Position numbers and translations under genes: made by a program. The notes beneath the pieces are model-generated. The model made no database searches and was not told the origin of the DNA. It saw only the letters and a program-made list of their open reading frames with translations. From the NCBI RefSeq assembly GCF_009834535.1, contig NC_045696.1, forward strand, positions 30,382,001 through 30,446,000: DNA of 64,000 nucleotides, in the 5' to 3' direction. Shown piece after piece: positions 54,025-64,000 of this stretch. The stretch is from Camelus ferus. Its lineage: Eukaryota. The first letter of the stretch is position 1. Each line of letters starts with the position of its first letter.

Positions 54025-54868
54025 TGAGTCTTCTTTGATTTATAATGGGGTTATGTACCAATAAACCCATCATAAGTTGAAAATATTGTAAGACATAAAT
54101 GCATTTAATAAATCTAAACTGCCAAACATCATAGCTTAGCTTTACGTACCTTAAATGTTCTTAGAATACTTACATTATCCTACAGCTGGTCAAAATCATC
54201 TAATACCAAGCCTATTTCATAATAAAGAGTTGAAGAGCTCAGGTAATCTTAGAATATTGTACTGAAAGTGAAAAACAGAATAGTTGTGTGGGTACAAAAT
54301 GGTTATAAGTGTACGGCTTGTTTACCCTCATGATTACATAACTGACTGGGAGCTGAGGCTCTCTGCCAATGCCCAGGAGCACAAGAGAGTGTTGTATTTT
54401 TCTTCCTCTTTCTGGCCTACTTCACTTAGAATGATGATTTCCAGATCCATTCATGTTTCTGCCAATGACATTATTTTATTCTTTTTTATGGCTAAGTACT
54501 ATTCCATTGTATAAATATACCACAGCTTCTTTATCCAGTCCTCTGTCAATGGACATTTAGGTTGTTTCCATGTCTTGGCTATTGCATATAGTGCTTCTAC
54601 AAACATTGGAGTGCATATCTTTTCCATCCAGAGTTCCCTCTGGATATATGCCCAGGGTTGAAACATTATGCTGTACACCAGAAACTGACACATTGTAACT
54701 GACAATAGTTCAATTAAAAAAAGGAGAAAAGAGAATATTGTACTTATGTTGCTAGCCTAATAAAAGATCAAAATTTGAAGTTGGTTTCACTGAATGCAAA
54801 TCACTTTCACACCTTTATAAAGTTGAAAAATTGTGAGTTAAATCATCATAAATTGGGGACCATCTATA
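54025..54868. mobile_element. MER47/Tigger5-family DNA transposon, split by an L1 insertion
   Basis: atggggttatgtaccaataaacccatcataagttgaaaatattgtaag... and terminal ...catcataaattggggaccatct match the recalled MER47 ends. Confidence 0.85.
54397..54728 (+). mobile_element. Short L1 with 5' inversion (54397-~54657 inverted, remainder forward 3' tail)
   Basis: ORF 54499-54705(-) CTPMFVEALYAIAKTWKQPKCP..DWIKKLWYIYTME; forward tail gctgtacaccagaaactgacacattgtaactgac plus A-tract; TSD aagaga(gtg/ata)ttgta at 54383-54396 and 54729-54742. Confidence 0.85.
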
Positions 54869-56664
54869 TAAATGGAATTATGAAAGAAGAAGAGAGATAT
54901 ACTGGCCAAAAATTATCCAGATTTTATAGAAACTATATGTTCTCAATGTCAAGTAACTCAATGAACTCCAGGTGCAAGGAACATAAAGAAACATGTAGGC
55001 ATATCATAACCAAATTGCTTAAAACAATAATTTATAGAAAATCTTAAAATTATCCACAGGAAAAAATATAAATCACATACATAAAAATGAAGATAAGAAT
55101 GACAGCAACCTTTTATCACTGAAAGCAATGCTACCCATGGAGAAACATCTTTAAAGAACTGGAAGAAAAAAGAAAGACAACTCAGAGTTCTATACGTAGA
55201 GAAACTATTCCTCAAAAACATAGATGGAATAAATGCTTAAAGACATAAAAGCTGAAAGAATTGATCACTGACTGACCTGCCATACAAAAAATGTTAATGA
55301 TAATCCTTCAGACAGAAGAAACATGATGCACAGGGAAATCTGTATCTACACAAAGAATTAATAACATCAGAACAGCAGTAAAAGATGTATTTTTAAAAGA
55401 TAACTATTCAAATACAAATGTTAGCCAAGTATTATTTAGCATACATAGAAGTAAAATATATAAAAACAGTTGTACAAAGGCCAGGGGAAGAAAAATGGGT
55501 AACAGCTTTGTAATTTTTAAGCTATATATACTTATATATAACATTACTTAAGAATGGACTGTGATATGTTAAAAAATCTATGGTTTGAAATCTAAAGCAA
55601 CTACTGAAAATAAAAATAAAATTTATAGTTGATAATCCAACAAAGAATATAAAATGGAATGATAAATAATAAAAATAATAATCCAATTAATACAAACAAG
55701 GTAGGAAAAGTGAAACATGGAACAAAGAATAGATGGTACAAACAGAACAGAATTAACAAGATGATATATTTTAATTCAGTTAAATCAATAATCACATTAA
55801 ATGATCTAAACACTCTGATCTAAAATCTGAGATTATCAGACAGAATTAAAAAAGCAATACTTGACTGCATGCTGCCAGTAAAAAATATGCTTTAAATACA
55901 AAGAAAAATATAAGCAAAAGAATGCAGAACAATATACAATGCTAACACTAATCAAAAGAGGCTAAGAACGAGTATATTAATATCAGATAAAGTAGATTTC
56001 AGACAAAGCATATTACTAATAGTAAAGAAGTTCGGTTTACAATAATAAAGGATTAAATACATCAAGAGGACATACAAATCTTAAAAAAAATGTTACCCAT
56101 AACAGATATTCAAAATAGAATCAAAAGGAAACAGAAATATCCAAAACTATAGTCAGAGAATTCAGTATTTCTCCTTGAATAATTGGTAGAAAAAGTAAAG
56201 AGAAAATCTGTAAGAATATAGAAGACAATACCAACCAACTTACCCTAATTGAAATGTATAGAACACTCCACTTAACACAGGAGAATATATGTTCTTTTCA
56301 ATGACACATGGAACATTTACAAAGATAGACCATATTCTGGGACATAAAAAAAAAGTCTATGTAAATGTAATGTTATTCATTATACAAAGTATGCTCTCTA
56401 ATGCCAATGAAATTAAATTGGAATTCCATAAAATAATTATATCTGGAAAATCTCCAAATATTTGGAAACTAAGTAGTACACTCCTATATAACAAAGATGA
56501 AATTAAAATGAAAATTAGGAAGTATTTTCTACTGAATGTAAATAATAACTGAACATCTGAAAATATATGGAAATGTGCTAGAGTAATACTTGAAGGGAAA
56601 TAGAACAAAAGTTCTATATTATAAAATAAGGAAGGTCTCAGATCAATGACTTTAAGGTCTCAAA

Positions 56665-59600
56665 AACTATGTCATTCAGTTCTTGTAAAATTAGATCAGG
56701 TTATTCTTTAGCAAAAAGGCTTGGCCTTAAGAAAAAATTTGGAGTCCAATTTTGACAACAATGAATTAGCTGAGAAAATCCTGCAGTTGGTACTTAGTTT
56801 TGGGTTTGGGGAAACTTTACAACACCACAAAGCCTGTCTGGATCTAGGCATAGCCCTTGTTCTCATATCAGAACTGCTTTTTTCCTTGGTGACCTTAAGT
56901 CTCTCTAAGGCTAAAAGCTTTAGCAAGTGGATGCTGTCTTCCTCTGAGGAGGCCTGAGAAGGAGAGCAAAGAAGCAAATCATCCACCTATTGTGACAAAG
57001 TAGAAACTCTTGGGAACTTTATGTCAACCAGATCAGTTCTTAGGATTTGGGAGAAATAGGAAGGACTCTCAGTAAATCCCTGAGGCATAACTGTCCAGAT
57101 AAATTGTTTTTCTTCCCAAGTGAAAGTAAAAAATATTAGCTAAGCTTCATCAACTTGAATATTAAATAAGGAATTACATAAATCAATTGCAATAAAGAAT
57201 TTGCTTCTAATAGAAATGGATGCTAGTAACAGATGAGAATTAGAAACAAGAGGGTGTTAAGGGATAACAGTGTTGTTCATTTCTCAGAGGTCTTGAACCA
57301 ACCTCCACCCTCAGCCCGTTGATTTTCTCACTGGTTACATAGGAGTATTACAGGGAATAATACAAGGGAAATGAAGCCATGAGCCTTGTAATTTTCTATT
57401 ATGGGCTTTATGACTTGAAAGGTTTCTTATAAGATATTGATTAATTCTAGAAAGAGGTTTTGAAAGATCTATTTGAATCTTGATGGGAGCTATGTTAAAC
57501 TTTGCAGATATCCATTGGAGTTGTTTCCTGTAAGGAGTGTGGTAGCTGATTCAATAGGGACAAATAATTAGTGTTTCCAGAATCAGCTCCAGTACTTTCA
57601 GAAGCAAAGCAAATAAAAGATGTCAAAGGGTCATTTAATTCACTTGGTTATTTTGATGACTACTGTCAATTTCCAGAATAATTTCCCCCTTTAGGGAGAG
57701 AGAGATTCCAATATGATACTTCTCTAAGAAGTTTCTGCCTAATAAATGGATGAGGGAAGAAAAACCAAGAAGAAAGTGGCTTACTATTAAATAGTAGATC
57801 CCTACTATTTAAACTGTTTTAATACTTTGAGGCAGGAGATGTTTTATAGTACTGGGGTTGAGCACTGAGAGTATGGGTCTCAGTGTCAGTTAGGACTGGA
57901 AGAGATTCATCCTCTATCTAGAGAAATGTATCTCCAAACCAGTTAAAAGGGAGGATTGGGAAGAGCCCCTATAGTACCTCAGAGGCCCATCACTGAGAAT
58001 TGGGAGGACAGGACATTGGAAAGGCTGGTTAGAGGGCTGAAGGAAACTAAAAGTGCTTAAATTTATAACAATCTCTTTCCTGATGTCCTGGGTTTTTTGC
58101 AATAACAGCAGAAACTAGGTGGGTTTTGCTCTTGTTTAGGGGCCCTTAATTTCTGCAATTGAAGATTAAGAATTTTGTTAGTCTTCCTTTTAGGTGACTC
58201 ATCTAGCGTGTGAGAGAGCTGGATTGCCAGATTAACTGTATCTGCAGTGGACACAGTTTCACATCCCATCCTGGTTCTTTTCACTAGAAGGGAAAGGTCC
58301 TGGTTCAACCCATTAATAAACATAGAGTTAAAAGCCACTTGGGTGAAATCAACACCTAAGGGATTACTAAAATTTTCTTTAAAAATAACCTGAAGTCAGT
58401 TATAATAGTCATGAACAGGTTCATCAGATTTTTGTGTGCAAGCCTGAATTCTGTTTCAGTCAACAGGCTTTGGAAAAGCCCTAATATTTGCTCTATGTAG
58501 TTGCCTATTGACCGCCTGAACCTAATCATATAACTTAGCTGGGTGGGTCTCCTTGTTGTAATTCTGGAGATTTTTCAGGATTTTACTAATTAGCAGTTGT
58601 CACCCAGTGGGTCTTCACCAACAAGTATATGAGCTCGCTGATATAAGTCAGAGAAGCCAGATTGATACATCACTAAATCTGTGAGGATCTTTGGTTCTTT
58701 TTGGAAAATCTTTGTGGCTTGCGTGCAGCTTTAGTTCAGGCAGTATAAATAATTAAGAGTTTAGTCTATGGATCCTCGGAAGGCTTAAGTTTAAGGGATA
58801 GGCTCTTATAAATTCAGAGGAAAAAAGAGTGGAGAGAGTTTCAGAGGAAAAGGGAAGTTCAATAAGAGAATTAGTATGGGGAACTGAGGGTATAGAAGAG
58901 GTATAGGTAGCATAGAAAGAAAGTAGAAAGATGGCTCTGGAGGTGAGGCCTGAGACAAAGAAGCCAGGAAAGAACACAAGGCTTTGGAAGCCATTTTACC
59001 TTTCTTTAATTCTTAGTTTGACTCAGTTAATCTTAAAATCTTATTTTGCAGTGAAGCAATTTTTTAAGCTCCTGGTAATGTTTGGAAGCCTCAAAATACC
59101 AATTGAAATAGGCATCCCATTAAGTTTGGGAAACTTTAGAGCTAGGGTTGTCCAATTCAGTATGAAGAAAAGTCAAGGAATTTCAAAGGTTCTCTATAAA
59201 AGCCATTGATATTCTAAATTGCCTTTTATCAGGTCAGTCCGTTTAGTTAGAAATGCACAAGAGGAAGGACTGTGGTTTTCAAACATAAATTCTGTGGTCC
59301 CTGGAGAGGGGAAGCCCTCTAAATATTTAGATTATTGGAATCAGTTTCTTAGTGGGGTTTTTTTTCTTTCTGTTTTTGTTTTTCTACAGTAAGAGAATAT
59401 TTTTTTGAAACAATGTAAACAGCTCAAATAGTTCAAATAGCCCAAGTACGCCGTAGGTCTACTACCAGTGAGTTTGAAGGGAACAGTCTGGTTCCAAAGA
59501 AGCCAGGCTAAAAACTGCTCAGTACAGTTTCAACAGAACCTGTCCTAATCCAAAGGAAACTGAGCTGAAGGCTGAACTGGCACAGTTCCAAAGGCACAGT

Positions 59601-59745
59601 CCCTGTTGCTGAAGGAGTAGGCTGAAGGCTAGCCAGCTCCAGCTGGAACAGCCTGATTTCATACTAGCCATACAGAAATCCTAGTAGCCTTCCAAGTAAG
59701 GAACTAAAACAACATGGGAATCCTAACAGAGCCCGAGAACTTTAA
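56665..59745 (-). mobile_element. Decayed class I (gammaretrovirus-like, ERV1) internal segment: leader-gag-pro-RT, no LTR seen
   Basis: Gag capsid C-terminus (MFINGLNQDLSLLVKR) and frameshifted zinc knuckle CYCKKP/GHQERDC; protease-like LPVLTDTET/ILSVLNP; RT motifs QDL*E.N, WTVMPQGFTESP and Q*VDDLLL; many stops. Confidence 0.92.
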
Positions 59746-60091
59746 GTGTGAAATTGAATGGTGTGTGTAGGTGTATGATTCCCTTTCTCTTTATGAAGGA
59801 AGTGTAAGAGTATGTGTCAGAGCGATCTGAGAGGCAAGAATACATCATATTCATCATCAAGTGTCTGCAATTCCTTTGTGAACAGATTTAGGAGCTAGGA
59901 CAAAAGCCTGCTAATAAAATAGATACAACTGGAAACAAAAGTTAATATGAAAACTATTAAGAGCATCAAAGAAAGCACCTATTCAGATTTTTAGAATTTC
60001 AGTTAAACTGATTCCTTTGCTTTTGTCTATGTTATCTGACAGTTATCATAAAGGAAAATGAATAATAAAAGTTACCACCATTTTTTAGGTA

Positions 60092-60589
60092 CAAGCCTAA
60101 CTCATTTTGTAGCACTTCACTTTATTGTGATTTACAGATACTGTGTTTTTTTTTTTTACAAACTGAAGGTTTGTGGCAACTGTGCCTTGAGTAAGTCAAT
60201 TGGCACCATTTTCCCACAGCATTTGCTCACTTCATGTCTCTGTGACACATTTTGGTAATTCTCACAGTATTTCAAACTTTTTTATTATTACTATATTTGT
60301 TATTGTGATCTGTGATCAGTGATCTTGGATGTTACTATTGCAAAGAGATTATGATTCACTGAAGTCTCAGATGATAGTCAGCATTTTTTCAGCAATAAAG
60401 GAATTTTTAATTAAAGTAGAATTCTTTTTAGACATAATGCAATTGCACACTTAATAGACTACAGTATAGTGTAAAAATAACTTTTATGTGCACTGAGAAA
60501 CTAAAAATTTTTGTGACTTGATTTATTATAGTATTTGCATTTTTGTGGTGGTCAGGAACCAAACCCGTGATAACTCCAAGGTATGCCTG
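60092..60589 (+). mobile_element. Non-autonomous Tigger1 derivative (internally deleted, ~500 bp)
   Basis: Tigger1 left end (tacaaactgaaggtttgtggcaac) joined directly to right end (...ctccaaggtatgcctg); flanking TA at 60090-60091 and 60590-60591. Confidence 0.9.
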
Positions 60590-61439
60590 TATGGCGTTCA
60601 ATAAAATCTTTAGGGCTTTTACATATATTATTTAATTTAATAATGAAAATAATGATTACAATAAATAAATTGCTTTTTAACTTAAAAAGTTAAGCTATAC
60701 TTGTAGTTCTTTTAAGTGTCAGTTAGATACTGACTCTATCAGTATTACCTAAATTTAGTTTCGTCTTCTGGATTCTTTTTGATTTCTATATCCAACTTAA
60801 AGAAACATTTATTTTGTATGATATGTATTTGCCACACCTGTATTATTTTGCTGCACAGTGTCTAATGTGAAGACACATGAAAATATAACACATTTAAATT
60901 ACTGCCATTGTATGTATATCTGTACACACATACTTAGGTAATGTAGGGATTCATAGGTCAAGTTTCATTTTGATTTCCCTTAGGTAAATGTATTTAGTTA
61001 TGTTTAGCAACTCCTGTAAATTTATTTTAATTATTGTGGCAATTAGGTTCAGACATGTTTCTTAGTTTATATGTATTATCCTTTCGTTCGCAGTTGGATT
61101 TTAGTTAATGCAATTTGTGACTAAAACATGTTACTTAAAAGTGATTTTAAAAGGTTTTCCATGATATAAACATTGCTTATTAATCGACCTATAAAATCTT
61201 TTGATGCATTTTATATATTTTGTTTTAAAGTTCAAGTCATTTTAAAGTCAGAACACTTACTGCAGATGTGTCTCTCAAGTTGTTTTCAAAATTAATTTTA
61301 AAAACATTTCTTTTGCAAACCATGCTTTTGCACAAGATATCAAATAATAATTTTTTAAACATTTATCTTAAGTTAGACATATTACATGGTTTCCTAGGAA
61401 GGTCTGAAGGTTTGACTGTGACTCTTTGGGATTAATGAT

Positions 61440-61660
61440 TTATTCAAGAATGGATCTTCACCTGACCAATATATAACAAGGTCATTAAAGAACAATAAGA
61501 ATGGACACAACGTTTTCCTTTCTCCAGTCCTGAGGGACCCCTTGTCCTGCATGATTTCCTCAAGATAATGGCAAATGGTTCATCAATGACATCTGACATT
61601 TCCTTAATTACCCTCAGGACATATGACATGAGGATGTTCTGATTTGAATTCTTCCAATTT
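61440..61660 (-). mobile_element. CR1/L3 LINE fossil (ORF2, region just upstream of the RT core)
   Basis: LRVIKEMSDVIDEPFAIILRKSCRT then frameshifted VPQDWRKENVVSIL parallels CR1 ORF2 [40 protein letters not shown]. Confidence 0.85.
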
Positions 61661-62149
61661 TTCCAAGAGATATTTTCTCATTTCAGCTTGATTCTCATTC
61701 CATGCTCCAGGTAACAGGTTTCTTCCAACATTAAAAGTTTTATTGCTGGCCATCACCAGTGTTTCTCCTTATCTGTCAAAGTAAGGTAATTTCCTCTGAT
61801 TCTTCCCTTTTGCCTAATATATTCACGAACTTTTTTTTTTTTGTAAAGGCAAGTAATTTTTATGAACTGTGTTAGGTGCATTTCCTCTCTATTTCTGACC
61901 TTCATACATTAAACCTACATAAGTCTACTAATTAGAATTTTCATCTTTTTCACCTGACCTTGAATTATGTTTTATACAGAGTTTTTATATCAACAATTAT
62001 TGAGTTTCTAGGCATATTTTCACATTCAATTTAGTGATACAATGGGATTTCTCATCAAAATGAATTCCCAGTAAGTGAAATCTTTAAATACTTTTTATTA
62101 TAGTCAAGCTAGAATATTGCCCAGGCAAGAGTTAGTGGCAGGCAGAATT

Positions 62150-62365
62150 TCATCAGAAATATTCCATGCATGGGGACAGAAGCATTGGACTTGGAAACCA
62201 GAAGGTATGGGTTAAATTGTTTATCTTTGTGATACTGAAACACATTTAATCACCTTCTTACTTTGTTTTAATACATAAAAAACATGACTTAGACTCCCTC
62301 CCCTACCTATGTCACAGAGGAGAGTGTATATGAAAACACTTGGTAGACCATGAAGCTGTAGACAA
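62150..62365 (+). mobile_element. MIR SINE (old)
   Basis: agaagcattggacttggaaaccagaag.tatgggtt...ccctacctatgtcacagagg...tatatgaaaacacttggta. Confidence 0.65.
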
Positions 62366-62669
62366 AGGCAGCATACTGTTGTTAAAAATGCATACTATGA
62401 AGTACAAATAAGTAAGACACTGTCTGAGTAGCTGAGAACTGTTGAGATCATGTCTTCCCAACTTAAGCATTCCCATAACATTCACAGTTATCTTTCAGAA
62501 ACTCAACTGTGTACATTTTTTTGTCAGAAGATACAGGGTACAGGAAATCTCCTGCTTTCGTAGCTTTATACTGTAAAAGTGGATGATCCCTGTGTCCTTC
62601 CCTAGAGGAGCTGTAGGCTAGCAAAAGCTCTTCCTCCACAGCTCTCTCCAGCTTAGTTGATACACATAC

Positions 62670-62811
62670 CTTTTCAGTTCAATGTCAAGCTCCCGTTGAA
62701 CTCCGTGTCAGCGGAACAGCTCCTCAAGTTTCCCTCTAACTTTCATCGCTACTTCGCTCACTGATGCTGAGATGCTGCTGCTTGGTGTGTTCTCACTGCC
62801 TGCGCCCATGG
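62670..62811 (-). pseudogene. Candidate exon (142 bp) with Kozak-context ATG and one in-frame TGA
   Basis: Acceptor ggattttag|CCATGG and donor AAG|gtatgt; MGAGSENTPSSSISASVSEVAMKVRGKLEELFR*HGVQRELDIELK; six CpGs in ~115 bp. Confidence 0.45.
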
Positions 62812-64000
62812 CTAAAATCCCAGCACAAATAGCAGACAACTGGAAAACATGAAATGTCTAAGTCTTCCTGGGAGGCTGTCTTTCTTTAATATTTCACATT
62901 TGTCATTTCATTTTATTAGGTCAGCCACTGTAGAAAACAAAGACAAAAAAAAAAAAAAAAGGCTTCAGAATTTGCCTTAGGGTAGGGGATAAAGAGTAAA
63001 AGGAATAATGTGTTCTAGACTTGATACATTCAAATTTTTAAGAAACTGATATTAATGGCTAGTGTGCCTAAAATTAAGTCCTAAGTAAAACTAGCCATGG
63101 TTTATTTTCTCATTCCAGTGAATACAGTGATCTTACCTTTCCAAGATAATTGGAATTTAATTACTTATTGGCTAAGTACTAACCCTGGGCTTTGGGTAAT
63201 TCACTCAACTTCTTTCAAACTCCTTCGTCTAAGTTGTAAAATGGAACTGATAATGCTAGCCTGAGCTGAATTCTGTGAACAGTAATTGAAATAATATACA
63301 GGAAAACATGTCTTAAATGAGTAGACTGTATTATAATTGGTGTATCTTTCACCCTCAGCAAGATCTGTAGAATGCATACAGACACATCTTGAGACAAAAA
63401 TGTAAGACATTAGGATGTTATTAAAGAACATAAAATACAATTGTAGATCCAACAACCATTTACATCTGTGTATTCTTTTCTTGAATAGTGTAAATTTGCT
63501 AAATTTTGTGGCTCACTTACTACAACTAGGTATTCAGGGAGGTTAAAGCTAAAAAAAATAGCTGCAGTAGTAGGAAGGGTTACATAGAGATTTTCTGGGA
63601 GGCTTGGGAATATATAGGATTTAGATAGGCAGAGGGTTGGGCAGAAACACTCACAGGTAAATAGAGTAACATTCATGAATGTATAATGAGAAGGCATACG
63701 TCTAGGGCAAGAAGGATATTAAGCTATTAAGTGTTTGAAATATCTTTAGTTAGGTAAGATGAAATTAGATTAGACACGATTTTAAAAGTAAAGGTGTACT
63801 GAAATTAGTGGGATGGGAAATACAAATTAAATAAAAGCTTTTGAACAATGACATTATGTATGAATTTTTCTAAATTGTTCTGCCTTTTAAAAAATAATCT
63901 AGCAATGATGAGAATTGAAATTGGGGTTGGAGAAACTAGCTATGAATTTGTTGTGTCTATTTATGTTAAAGGTGATGATGTTACGTACTGAAGTACTAAC

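Larger units (their letters stand above)
52845..56660 (+). mobile_element. Old L1M element (5' region, ORF1 remnants, ORF2 endonuclease) with nested insertions
   Basis: A-rich L1 composition; ORF 56289-56552 FFS.THGTFTKIDHILGHK is the L1 endonuclease C-terminal motif; RHIITKLLKT resembles ORF1. Confidence 0.85.

Noticed and set aside
62706..62712. In-frame TGA as selenocysteine or programmed readthrough
   Set aside because: Other candidate exons contain TAG/TAA stops and frameshifts, and no SECIS was recognised; decay is the simpler explanation
7830..62811. Assigning the candidate pseudogene to named genes (dynein heavy chains, USH2A, CCDC162, RGSL1, C8orf34)
   Set aside because: Only a few scattered residue coincidences against remembered sequences and no colinear match, so no symbol is given

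Overview
AT-rich, CpG-depleted mammalian genomic DNA, probably camelid (camel or alpaca). That assignment rests on a tRNA-derived SINE and young L1 3' ends recognised from memory, not from a search. No intact protein-coding gene, rRNA, true tRNA or CRISPR array is supported. The recognisable ORF-track entries are retroelement fragments and most of the rest look like chance ORFs. The window carries many interspersed repeats: L1s of several ages (two with 5'-inversion/twin-priming structure and target-site duplications, TSDs), MIR, L2, a CR1/L3 fossil, DNA-transposon relics (MER58A, MER47/Tigger5, Tigger1-derived, MER81), several solo LTRs and a ~3 kb decayed class I ERV gag-pro-RT segment. The most interesting non-repeat signal is a chain of minus-strand segments from ~62.8 kb down to ~7.9 kb with canonical splice sites, mostly compatible phases and coding-like frames broken by stops. 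This is a candidate decayed multi-exon (unitary) pseudogene or pseudogene-derived lncRNA that I cannot assign to a known protein family. All family names are by-eye recognitions and repeat boundaries are approximate unless a TSD or terminal repeat is quoted.
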